A DNA stretch of 33,775 bases from Octopus bimaculoides (taxonomy: Eukaryota), in assembly GCF_001194135.2 (NCBI RefSeq), contig NC_068998.1, positions 22,055,808-22,089,582 of the forward strand. Direction: 5' to 3'. Numbering within the stretch: position 1 is the first letter of the stretch; the number at the start of each line of letters is the position of its first letter. The notes beneath the pieces are model-generated. The model did no database searches. It was not told the DNA's origin and was given only the letters and a program-made list of their open reading frames with translations. The position numbers and the translations under genes were made by a program. This document shows, one piece after another, positions 10,797 through 22,810 of the stretch.

Positions 10797-11080
10797 GGTG
10801 CGCGGCGTTGCTTTGTGGTAAGCAGTTTGCTTCCAAAGTAAATAATTCCAGGTTCAAACCATTTGGTAATTGTCTTCTACGAAATCTTTGGACCGAGCAA
10901 TGACTTGTGAGTGAATTTGGCAGATTGTATGGGGTCCCGTGAACTAGCGGTTCGGCAAAATAGATCGAACGAATAAGTAATAGTTTTAAAAATAAAAAAA
11001 GACTGGGTTTGATGCGTTAAAATTCTTTACGGCGTTGCACCAGCATGGACGCATTCGAAATGAGTGAGTCAAGTAAACGA
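10797..11080 (+). mobile_element. tRNA-derived SINE (octopus-type)
   Basis: A-box-like TTGCTTTGTGG (10808-10818), B-box GGTTCAAACC (10851-10860), body TTGTGAGTGAATTTGGCAGA and tail TTCGGCAAAA..GAATAAGTA..CCAGCATGG..CAAGTAAA. The head is homologous to 24771-24902. Confidence 0.75.
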
Positions 11081-13504
11081 TGTAAGTTATATATACATAT
11101 AATTATGGTACATTCTGTTATGAACGTAGTAGTGTACAATATATAGCCCTTCCGCCTTCAGATTTCACCCTGTGGTATCCAGTAGTAGTATTACACGTAT
11201 TTCCTGGTTTGCATTTGAGCTTCTGTCGTGTGTGAATAGATAATTGAAAAAATTGGAGTCAACGAGAAAGAGTCATTGTCCAACTGTACTACTTGTTGAC
11301 TCCAATTCTGTCAATTATATGTATGTGTATGTATGTGTATGTATGTGTGTGTGTGTTTCAGGTATTTGTGTGTGTTGTGCTCCAGCGGTGCAGAGATCTT
11401 ATTGTCTTTATCTGAGTATGTCCTGAATTATTCGATTGTTGAGACTTTTTTGTATATTTGATTCAGAGTTACTTCTCTACTTCGACATTGCATTTCCCGA
11501 CATTCTGGATATTTAATTAATTTATTGCAAAACTACACGCCTTCTATTTTGCTTTTATCCAGAAGGCTTTTTGGCATATGCTGTCTAGTATAGCTGCCGT
11601 AGACACTGACTTTAGATTTATCATATTCGAACGTGAAATGAATACTTTTAGCAAGAAATTCACACAACGTAGATCTCCATTCAAGGTAACCAAGAACAGA
11701 CGTGAACTGATGGTGTATACATTTTACAAAATTGTTACACGTCTTTTCAAGCTGGTTGTTTACCTTTGTAGATATTTTACAGTATATTATTTGTTGGTGA
11801 TCCATAGTCATTTCTTCGTTATTGATGTCAAACTTGTGTTTGTAAAATTCATAAGAATATTATATTTTCTTCTTCAGTCTGTGGATATCTGAAAGACAAC
11901 GTTTATCGCTGTTCTTTACGACTATATTTACAATTAATTTAGCATTTAGCTGTAATACGAAAAATGTCTGATATCAAAATCATCAGTTTCATTTCTGATA
12001 ATATCTAAACATAATATAATTTTGAAAAGGAAATGATATACTGAGATTTTATCTTCCAGCAAATTAACAATTCGATATTATATTTTATTACACTGTTTTG
12101 TTAAGCAAAATATGCCACTTTATTGTTAATCTGGGGGAACCCGAAATCAGTACTGAGTTCGTTTAATCTTGATCATGTGCTTACTTGCCATAATCAACCT
12201 TATTTCTTTAAAACAATGCGTTTAAGGCAAAGTTCTGTGACGCATTATTCCAATATTATGACTGGTCGTTGTGATTTCATGGGGATACGCCTGCTATTTC
12301 TAACCTCATTAGATAACAAGACGATTCCACATTAGAAGATATATTAGTGAACTATTTCAGATGGATGCATATCCCTGGGGTATCAGAATAGTCGAAAACA
12401 TGAAATTTCTGCAATTACGTATCGAAACAGTATTAAGTTTCTCTGTGTTCTTTTTCTTCTCTCTTAATTGTACAAACCTTTTTTATAGATACATTCCATC
12501 TAGTAGTCAATCTATTGTAATATATTTTTGAATTCATATTTTCAAAAGATATCTTAATACATTTGCATTAAGATAATTGCTATTTATTTTTTCCTATTTG
12601 TTTTCATTTTCTACTCTGTAATATGAAAATGAAAATATTCTAGAAGCATTGAAACGCCCACTTGAGCTGCATTGCTGTTCTCATAGGAAAATAAAGCAAC
12701 AAGGAATGCATTATCTTATATACTGAAAGTAAACATTTAAATTGAATTTCTTAGTTAAGAATGCATTTAAGGTTAAAGAATTTATTTGTAATTCCACAAA
12801 CATATAAATAAGTATAGCTAATTTGCAGTGATTATATCAAATGAAAAATACTTCCAAATAGAAACTAAAAATAAAATTTAAATATATTCATAAAACTGAA
12901 GCTAAAACATTCATTTATATCACTGAAATGCCGTATATTTACGAACATTTGTAATCTTTAAATACTTAAACACAACCAGTTGCCATTCTGAACATATTAA
13001 CAAAATCAAATAATAAATTGATTTTTTAATAAACGGAGCAAACTTAATATGATACAAAAATTATTAAAGTATAAAATAAATAATAAATAAAGCTATTTTG
13101 AATTGAGAATTTGCAGCAATGTTATTAGATTATTAAATATAAAATTATGAAGAAACATTTCCACAATTCAAAAGCGCCTTGAAGAGAAATATTTATCTGT
13201 CTGTATTCATGTTATATTCTGCTTTCAGTTTTTGCACTCCAAATAATTTTTTTTATATATATTGTAATTTGTAATACAAGAACTATTGTGTTGTTGGTTA
13301 AAGTTTCCCAAAAAGATAATCACTGGTTCTCTGCATTTCTAACAAAGAGAAAAGAGTGTCGCTCGCTTCTGTGTAATTGAGTGCCAAATATTTGTCACGA
13401 AAAACTCATTCACAGAACATAGGATATTAGGTAGGTTCTCGAACTTTTTGTTAATAAGCCTTATCAATATTACTCGTCTGTTTATGGATATACATCTTTT
13501 CTGT

Positions 13505-13677
13505 GAATATATATTTATGTGTGTATATATATATATATTACAAGGTTTGGAGGTGTTGAAGAATCTATTAGAGTAGATGCAAGCGCTAATATATGATTTA
13601 TAAAAACATGTGATATATTAATAAAAATCTGTAAATGTACAACCATCCAGATTTCTGAGTACCTTATTATTTTTTCT

Positions 13678-13712
<35 letters not shown>

Positions 13713-13792
13713 CGTGTGTGTAAATATATATGCATACACATACATGTATACACACACGCTTGCGCACACGCACACAAACATATATATATATG
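13505..13792. repeat. (TA)n/(CA)n/(TG)n low-complexity region
   Basis: Direct reading. Confidence 0.85.
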
Positions 13793-13923
13793 GCCTTCAC
13801 AGAATTTTTTCTATTAAATGACGCTTTATGTTCTATTGGTTAGTTCGAGGCTATATTGAAAATCAGTCTCATACATTGGGATTCGGCCTGGTCTCGACTG
13901 GAAATCAAAGTCCGAATTTAATC

Positions 13924-15224
13924 TCAGGTCATTAAGAATGAAACGTCCGCTTTTCTTATGCACCAAGTTTTACAGTCGTTAACTCATACGTTTTATCCTA
14001 ACAACTGATTGTTTTAAAAAAATTGAAGAGTTACATCATCACTTTTCCAAATGCAATTCATGGCGTGTAATTATATTGTGCGTTTTCTCTTGTAAATCAA
14101 TTTTTGTGAACCCAAGGATAAAACAAAAATTCGTGTTGTTTATGCATATGAGATCCGTCGCGGAACCAATGCATCCTAGACAACTCGAAATGCGAATGAG
14201 TTGTTTGGTGAAGAAGGGCGAATGAGCGCACAGTAGGTCGATAGGTTGAGAAGTTCCTGTCTGGTGACTTTATTCTTGAGAATCAACCCAGTGGTAGACC
14301 TGAGACCAAGGTGGATAATGATGAGCTGGAAACTGTAATGCAAGCGGATACATCTCAAATTACTCGTGAGTTAGCAGCAAGGTTTGATGTTTCGATTCCA
14401 ACTATACTGGACCAGCTGGACTATACTGGACTACACTGGACCAAATCGGCAAGGTAAAGAAGCAGGAAAAGTGTGTAGCACACGAGCTAAACGAGCATCA
14501 AACGACACGCCGTCTTGAAACATGCTGTTCTTCACTGTCATGTCATAAAGGGAACCATTTTTGCATCGTATTGTTCCGTGTGAAGAAAGATGGATTCTTT
14601 ACAACAATAACACGCGTTCTGCACTGTGGTTGGATAGAGACGAAATGCGGAAACTCAATCCCACCCCCAAATATTCACCCCCAAAAGTTAATGGTGTTTG
14701 GTGGGCCAGCGCTGGTATTATCCACTTCATCATCGTGAAACCTGGTAAGTCAAATACAGGGGATGTATGCATCAATTAATTGGATAATATGATGAGTGAA
14801 GTTGCAATTAAACAATCGAGATTGGTCAATAGAGACAGGACAATTCTCTTGCAAGACAATGCCCTACCACATGTTGCACAACGACCCATACTCAAGTTAC
14901 AGGAACTGAAGTTGGAAGTACTCTGTCATCCACCATATTAACCAGTCCTTGCACCAACTGACTATCACGTTTTTCAGTCATTAGACAACATTTTGCAAGG
15001 AAAAAGAAATTAAAATCTGAAGAAGATGCAAAGACTCTTTCGTGATTTAATCACCTCTTTCTCTCCAGAATTCGTTGCTTCCGGAATAAAGAAGCTACTG
15101 ATCGAATGGCAAAATTATGTTTATAATTTATGTGCATACTTTGATTAACTGCATTGCTTTTTGCAGAGATAAAGTAAAATAAACTTTCAGTTCAAAATCG
15201 AATATTTCATTCTTAATGACCTGG
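13924..15224 (+). mobile_element. Mariner (Tc1/mariner, DD34D-type) DNA transposon, full-length and inactive
   Basis: 19-bp perfect TIR core CAGGTCATTAAGAATGAAA (13925-13943 / 15205-15223), TA after the right end, ~1.3 kb size, and a transposase pseudogene inside. Confidence 0.95.
14114..15148 (+). pseudogene. Mariner transposase pseudogene
   Basis: Start codon mutated to AAG. Motifs: CVAHEL (WVPHEL), IVPCEERW (first catalytic D changed to E), LLQDNA, and HPPY*PVLAPTDY (YSPDLAPSD). Several stops and frameshifts; TAA at 15146-15148. Confidence 0.93.
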
Positions 15225-18200
15225 TAACAGTTATATTCTTACTCTGATATATTTAACGTACCGTCTTTACCTGACACATTAGCATCACAATTATTTATAT
15301 AGATTGTAATTTAGTTCTACGAATACTAAAGCGATTCAAATAGTTAGAACATCATGTACTGTTGCAATTATTCTCTTATTTTGTTTTGCAATGTTTGTAT
15401 CAGAAATCTTTTAACATATGAACGGTATCTCTCTGATTAAAAGCTTCCAAATTTCTTTAGCAATAATTAATAAGTATATTCTGGATTCGATATGGAAACT
15501 ATTTTATAATTCTCAATATCAATCATGTATGACATTTTAAAAGTAAATTTACTTTGAATGTTTGTTTGCGTATTATATTGACTAAAAATAAAACTTATGA
15601 AACGATTTTCATTTGTAGGATCTGATGCAAGTTACCTTCAACTCAAAATTCAAGCGAAGGCTGGAATTGATAACTGTACATGAAAATTTTATTATTCAGT
15701 CATCTACTCTCTTTGACAACTTGTGTAGATTTTGATAATTTGCAACATGGAATAATATTCTGCCCGACTACTAGTTCTGTATGTACTCACCTTAAAGTTG
15801 TTCAAAATCAAATCATGTGATCCTTGAAAGGAAAGAACGAACTTATATAAAAACATATTTTATATGACCGAATATGCATGTGAATATCTATGCATAAGTG
15901 TATAATTAAGCAATACTCATTTTCGTATGTGGAAAATAACATCAATACACCAAATTTTATAATTGTCACTAAACTTTAAAATGTCCACATGTACAGCCAA
16001 ACAAAATACATCCAAAATCTTTTGTAGTTTGTCGAAGATTCTTGGCATGCTATTGACTTATTTCACCTTCTCAGGGAACTATAACTTACGAACTTCGACC
16101 AGATTTAAGAGCTATTTTGTGGGGATATATTCTTCGATTGATAATTATTAATTTCATTTCCTATTTAAAATACAGATATTTTGTTCCAGTATACCGCACA
16201 ATACATCTACATCTCTAATTAAGATGTTTTCCGGTCAATTTTGTTTTTTAACATTGCATTTTCTAACCCGATGTGTTTCATGTCACTTTATTCTCGTCAG
16301 TCCTTATCATTTACACAAGATTTTCTCGAATATTTGAACTTACCTTTTCATGAATATACTGTTCAGCCAATATATTCGCTGTGCTCACGTTAGTAAAGGG
16401 TCACTACATTTTTCTTCTTAAAGTCAGATACGATTACATATTTTGCATACGAAAAAGAATATCCCATGTTCTGTCTCCAGAAGCTTCGAAAACTTTTAGT
16501 GGATGTAACACGCTATATTCCTAAGTTCATCTAGCGTATTGTTTAACATACTGAATAAATATTCTTTCATATTTGAAGCTTAAAACTTATTCTCCTGAGA
16601 AATTCAAATATTTGTTTTGCACAAAAGAGAAAACATGAGATACTATATTGAGCACAATTAAGTTTCAAGAAAAACACATTTTGCTTATATTTTGTTTTTC
16701 TTTGAAAAAACACTACTATTGCACTCTACCGTTTTCTACTGAGAATATGTGTATCTATCACGAAGCACTATTTTTACTTATGTTGAATATATGGAGAATT
16801 CTAGATTTTGTATTGACATAATAAATTCTGAAACTTGGAAAGTAAAAATAAATTGTATTAGAAAATTTGTGCATCAAGAAATCTTCAGAGTAACTGCGGA
16901 TGTATGAAAGAAACAATGTAGAGAGTGAGTTGTCACATTTTTATCTTTAACATATATTTTCATATATTTCTTTCATTTTAAAGTAGAACAATTGCTTCGT
17001 ATATATAAAGTAATATCATTTTCAGATCAAATATAAAAAAAAAATTGAATTTCAGACAAAGAATGGATTATAATTTCATATTATTGAAAACGAAATTGGC
17101 TCACAGGAAAAAAATGTCAAAATCGAATTTTGTTAAATGATATTTTTTTTTAAATTTCAAATAAAGATGATTTATATTTAACAAAAAAGTCAAAAAAGTT
17201 TCTGTCGGCCTTCTGGCATTCTATGGAATATCTGAGAAACTACATCATAGCAGTAAGAACTTGTAATTAATAACAAGGAATTTTGAGTGATTTAAGTGTT
17301 TGTAAAATGAACGGCTTAGCAGAAATGTTACTATATTTTTAATAAAACGATTGTAATAAAGAGATAAAATGTTACTATGCAAATTATTTAAAGACATGTA
17401 GACAGCTAAAATAAATATGACATAGATTGGAAGCCTGGTATTGTGATCACCTCGGAATGAAGTATTTTCTATACCAATATGCAGCTGATATATATTAAAC
17501 ATTTTTTATATGCGGCCCACAAAGAATCCCGCTTTGCATAAACGTAGTCACGGATTTAGTACTACTGCTCGGTACTTTCGCAAATTTCGTTTATTTTAGA
17601 TCGGTTCCTATCAATGTATTGTAAGTCATAGAATCCGTCTTGATAAGACCTGACCCACACAAGATCATGCAATTGCACTGCAATGCACTGCCTTCACTCT
17701 AGGTATTGCTTGAGTTGCGTTTTCTATTTCAATCCATCTAGCATTGCCATATTCCGCAAATTAAGTTGCTGTGATCAGAGGTTTACATCAGTTTGTTCTT
17801 CGGTTATTTTTTAGATATACCTCTTAGATTTGCCAAGATCATTAGTCACAAGCACACACGTATAAGTGTTAGCGGGAGATCTGGTCGATGTAATTATTTT
17901 GAGGAGTATATAAATCATGATATGTAAGAAGGTAGGAGAAGTGAATATTTTCATTTAACCACCTGTCATGTAATAAAAATTTCAGTTTATAATAAATTTT
18001 TATATGTCCGAATTAATATGCATGCAGCGTATTATACAGTGCAGCTGTATACTCACAATTCAATGCAAAGAAAGATAACTAGCTCACCAAATCACCAGAG
18101 CATGGTAGTTACACCAGAGTCATGTCTAATTATAAATGAAAATATTTCTCTATGTATACAATGTCGGGAAGATAGAGACTACGTAAAATTAGATTTGTAT

Positions 18201-18635
18201 GAGTAAAAATTAAGACATATCGATTCATATCAATCAAGGTGCTAAATCTAAGTTCAGAGAATTCGCATCCTCAACTTATTCCAAACAACAAAAGCAAAGA
18301 AACAACTGGAAGAAAGAAAAAAAAGTAGATTCAGTAAATATGAAAAAATTAATAGTTCTAAAACGTATATAAAAAAAAATATACATCACATAGTTTAAAT
18401 GTACTAGATCGGATACAGACAGCTGAAAAGCTAAAGATTAAACCAGGAAATTGAATTGAAAACCTAGTTTTCGAATAGATCTTATGGGTCAACAGACCAC
18501 ATACAAAAACCTTACTAGCGTATTTATAAACAATGTTTTAATATACCCGAACAATAGTAAAAGGAACCAATAATTTTCTTAAAAGAATGTAGCAAACATA
18601 AGTCACCTCTTGACTATCAAAAAGGTCTCATGAAC

Positions 18636-18638
<3 letters not shown>

Positions 18639-18679
<41 letters not shown>

Positions 18680-18686
18680 CACACAA
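18639..18686. repeat. (CA)n microsatellite
   Basis: Direct reading. Confidence 0.95.
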
Positions 18687-18905
18687 ATATGTGTGCATTC
18701 GTTCATATATGTAGGTATATGTGTGCTTTGTGTTTTTTACCTCGACAGATTAAATTTGCTTTAAAATCAGAAAAAGGCGACCAAAACTTCGAAATAACTG
18801 CCAAAACCTGCCGGGTGTAACCCAGAGATATATCGTACACAGATTGTCATACGTATAATACATATTTAGCATATATGTGTATATATGAGTGTGTGTGTTT
18901 TTTTT

Positions 18906-18939
<34 letters not shown>

Positions 18940-18940
<1 letters not shown>

Positions 18941-19038
18941 AGTCGATCTCGGTGGTGTTTGACCTCTGAACGTAAAGACGGACGAATTAAGGCTAAATAC
19001 TTTGCCCGGTATTCTAACGATTCTAACAACACGCCTCA
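18940..19038 (-). mobile_element. tRNA-derived SINE 5' head, 3'-truncated into (TG)n
   Basis: Minus strand GAGGCGTGTTGTTAGAATCGTTAG..CCGGGC..TTTACGTTCAGAGGTCAAACACCACCGAGATCGACTT, with a B-box-like GGTCAAACACC. Confidence 0.7.
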
Positions 19039-20929
19039 TTTGACGTAGATATCTACTTTTAAGTATGACTCATACACTTTGTTGATTAGATAAAACATGC
19101 TTGTAGTAAAACGTTGACAAATCTCTTAAGTTTTGAACCACATGAGGGTACGTATCAAGTGATATGTACATAAGTTTTTGTAGGGTTGGCTAGTTTTAAA
19201 TCTTGGACTCTTGTTTAGATTTAATATGTGTATATACGGAAAACTATAAATGAGCAGATTCTTCAACACTTGTAGATTATTTTATTCGTAAATCGTGGCG
19301 CTGTCTTCAAGGAATTTCTTTATTCACATTTAAAGATAGCAGTTTGAGGTGATATTTAGTACTATGAATGCATAAAATGTACTATATTAGATACAGACAT
19401 GCTGTCACATACACATGCCCCCCCCCACCACCACCACCGCACTTAGATACACGAAAACACACAAAGTACATTATGTGTACACAGTGCACTTATTTTTTCA
19501 TTATGATCGACGGATTATATAATTTCAAACAATAATATGAATATTTAACTTATAACAACTACGTTGAAAGTGCATTACATATACTGTAGATTTAGATATT
19601 AAATCTGATCGGAGCGAGTCAAGATTTTACACTATGTATACCGTATATCATTCAATTCTATTTCACAATATTTGTGAAATAATCAACATTTGATAATACT
19701 TGTATAATGGTAAACTTGTATATTTTAATTATATATTGGTATTTGTATTAATTACAAATTTCATTCGCTGGTATGTACTCGCGGATATGTATTAATTCCA
19801 AAAATGCTAAAACTTAATTATGCAAAATGTGTCATATAAAAAAAACATTTAAGCAGCATGTTTTTTATACAACTTTGCAGACTATTACTGTAAAGTTGTC
19901 TTATTTAGATGTATAGATATGTCAAACATAACTAATTAACATAGTATTTACTATTTATAGCCAGCGACGAAACAGCCAGTTTTGCAACTCTCGAGTTTTT
20001 TATCAAAGTTCCTGGCCGCTCGGTGTTTTGCGGCTGGCTTTATTTCAAATAGAGTGTTATTGTTATTAAACCGAGTTAGACTGTAAGGTAACTTGTTGGG
20101 ATGTTTTGTTGTCAATCCACACGGTACAGTATTGAAAGAAAATGCATTTTTGATTAATGTTGAATGGCCGCACATCAATTATTGCTAGCTAGTCAACAAA
20201 AATGATGGGTGGGATGAAAAGATTTTAGGTTAAGCTATTGCTCCGAATTATAACATCCTACCCCACAACAATAACAGTAACCGCAGCATCGATGTGCCAC
20301 GCACAAATAGATTCAGTCGTCAGCAGGAAAACCGCCGTCCTCATCCACAAAATCAGCAGCCACACTGAAGCAACAAAAAGTAGTAGTATTAGTATTAGTA
20401 GAAGTAGTAATAGTTGTAGTAGTTGTTGTTGGTGTAGCTGAACTGTGAAAATCTTATCAATCATGCCAGTAGCAGCAACATCAGAAGTGTTAACAGCGCG
20501 AGTGTCAGTGTATGCGTGCAAAATTAACACTGTAAATTATTGGCATTGCCTAAAGCTTTGGTTCTTCCCAGCTATACAAAATAGCATTAATATTCTAAAG
20601 AAACGGAACATCACAACAATCGATTAAGAAGAACATTTACACTGACATGTTACCGGAGCCTCTAAAACAAGCATAGAGAGAACCAATGGAATAAGTTTGC
20701 ATATCATGGAAAAGGCATAAACTTATTTGAATAAAAATTGCCCTCTGCATGAATTGCTTCTTGGAAAAAAGGTTTTATGACATGTACGTACCTGCCTACT
20801 CTGATGTATATGAATGACTTTTTATCTGGAAACCTTGACCCACACAGTCACCATCATCCAACGTCCAAAGGCAGAATTTATACAGGGATAGAGAGATATC
20901 AGGGTAAATATTGCATATCAGAGGTCAAC

Positions 20930-21530
20930 TGACATCGTATTGTATTAATTTTAAACCATCTGACAGAGTCTTTAGATCTTTTCATGTTTAATTAAATCGT
21001 CACACTTATTTACCCCAAAATGCATATAAATTTACTTGCCAGATGTTCTTACTCTTTCGATCTGGCCATACAAGTCAATCGCTATCATTCCTCGTGCGCT
21101 ATGTGAGGCCATTCATATATTGCAGTTGGTGAAATTTTCATCCATGTTTCGGCAAGATCTTGGGTAGGCCAGGATTTTGACCGTATCATTGCCACAAGGA
21201 TTAACACAGTCACAGATTGTAATAGGGAGATCGTGTCTCTTTGAAGATAACCTCATAGATATTGTCACATTTATTAATGATTTCTTTACGCATTTTATCC
21301 AATTTCCCATGATCTCAGTGCACTTCATAAAATAACTGTTAATCTCTTTTAACACAGTCGTCCTCAGACACTCCAGTAATTAACAGTCTGGAACATTCTG
21401 TTGGACTTTCTTGAAACCTATTGACATACAGTACCCTTTGACGTCCTTTTGCATCACGCTAGTTCCTTTATTTATAGCGTATCCTTCTTCAGAAACTATA
21501 GAATCTACCTGTACCCAGTTCATAATTTCC
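20930..21530 (-). pseudogene. Heavily decayed non-LTR reverse transcriptase (R4/Dong-like signature)
   Basis: Collinear motifs across frameshifts: SIGFKKVQQNVPDC*LLECL (cf. WIDYKKAYDSVPHSWILECL), GYLQRDTIS at 21226-21252 (cf. GIFQGDSLS), LQYMNGL at ~21108-21125 (cf. LLYMDDL), and MHFGVNKC at 21002-21025 (cf. MEFGLDKC). Confidence 0.7.
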
Positions 21531-21633
21531 CTAGTAATGATTAACATGTTAAAAGCCAATAATTTATGAGGTCCCCGTTCTCTTTACTTTGTCATAGTCG
21601 TCGTCATACAAGTAGTAGAATTTCTAGTAGTAT

Positions 21634-21753
21634 CATCATCATCATCATCGTCGTCGTCGTCGTCCTCCTCCTCATCCTCATCATCATCATCATCATCACC
21701 ATCATCAACAGAAGCAGCAGCTGTAGCAGCAGCAGAAGAGCATTAGTAGTAGT
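21634..21753. repeat. Compound trinucleotide microsatellite (CAT)5(CGT)5(CCT)3..(CAT)6..(CAG)n(TAG)n
   Basis: Direct reading. Confidence 0.9.
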
Positions 21754-22045
21754 ATATTTATCAGGGCATTTCTTTTACTCCATGCTGAGTATAGAGATTG
21801 CAAGGTTACATGGCAAATTGTTTTATGTATTGCTAGCTAAATAGCATCGTGTTCTGCTTCATAGAAATCATTTTACGACGAGATATCGAATTGCTAAAAA
21901 TGTGAGCATTCATATTATCATTAATTTTGCAGGCTGATTGAGTAGCAGAAGCTGTGCAACATTAGAGTATATTTAATTTATACGCAAATATGTCCTAAAG
22001 ATTTGCATCATTTGTTTTTACTCATTTCCATCCATCCATTCATTC

Positions 22046-22047
<2 letters not shown>

Positions 22048-22117
<70 letters not shown>

Positions 22118-22285
22118 ATCTATCTTTCTATCTATCTATCTATCTAATCTATCTACGTGAGTATGGCGTGCCTCTGTGTTTGTGTGTGTATGTATGTATA
22201 TATGTATGTATGNNNNNNNNNNNNNNNNNNNNNNNNNNNNNNNNNNNNNNNNNNNNNNNNNNNNNNNNNNNNNNNNNNNNNNNNN

Positions 22286-22318
<33 letters not shown>

Positions 22319-22325
22319 GTATGCA
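22048..22325. repeat. (TATC)n and (TATG)/(TA)n microsatellites spanning an assembly gap (N 22213-22285)
   Basis: Direct reading. Confidence 0.9.
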
Positions 22326-22810
22326 TATATCTCATATAGCATAGCCATCACATGCTGACTGAGAAATAGTGTTGCCAGGTGAGGCTCGCTGACACTTAAA
22401 CAGCGTTCCTACTTAACAGGTCAGCTGAGGGAACATATCTTGTTCATAGCACGTTTCCCTCTGCGATGGTTCAGAAGTTTGATTGCTAGTCGGCTTTGGC
22501 TGATGGAGCTGAAATTCAAACAATTCTGTTGGGAGGTAGGTCTAGAGAGAGCACGGGCCAAAATTACGCGCCCTTCCCCTCTATTTTGTTGCAGCTGAAG
22601 TTGTGTCACGTGACAGATAACTAGCTATGACATCTGAAGCCTACCGGCGAGTATTTAAGGAGGAAATCTGACTGGGTTGTCAATCACCTGCTGACAACCG
22701 TAGACGGTGCATCGAAGAAACGAAAACAAACAAAAAAACAAAGAAAAAAACGCGCAGACAACACCAGAACTGAAGACACCTCGAAGGAATTAACTCTGAC
22801 TCCCTCGATT

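Noticed and set aside
10369-10841. ORFs with LSIY and HT repeats (also those at 22003-22358, 24876-25407 and 27133-27414)
   Set aside because: Stop-free only because of (TATC)n, (CA)n or (CTGT)n tracts or Ns.
11879-11909. LW(G)YLKDNVYR-like Tc1/mariner motif
   Set aside because: Needs a frameshift, has no flanking DDE motifs or TIRs, and is too short.
16275-16300. CTGACGA...GAAAC on the minus strand
   Set aside because: The intervening sequence cannot form helix II, and there is no helix I or III.
17821-17880. 60-nt AG..GT-bounded segment reading SPANTYTCVLVTNDLGKSK (Ig-like)
   Set aside because: Weak donor, no pyrimidine tract, and Cys-Asn spacing off the I-set consensus; likely chance.
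18889-18917. (GT)n-T7-(AC)n hairpin
   Set aside because: Juxtaposed microsatellites of opposite orientation.
22213-22285. Run of N (also 25574-25583)
   Set aside because: Assembly gaps at microsatellites, not biological features; structure across them is uncertain.
22691-22721. CTGAC-ACCGT/ACGGT hairpin-GAAAC
   Set aside because: Lacks the GA of CUGANGA, and the spacing is incompatible with a hammerhead.
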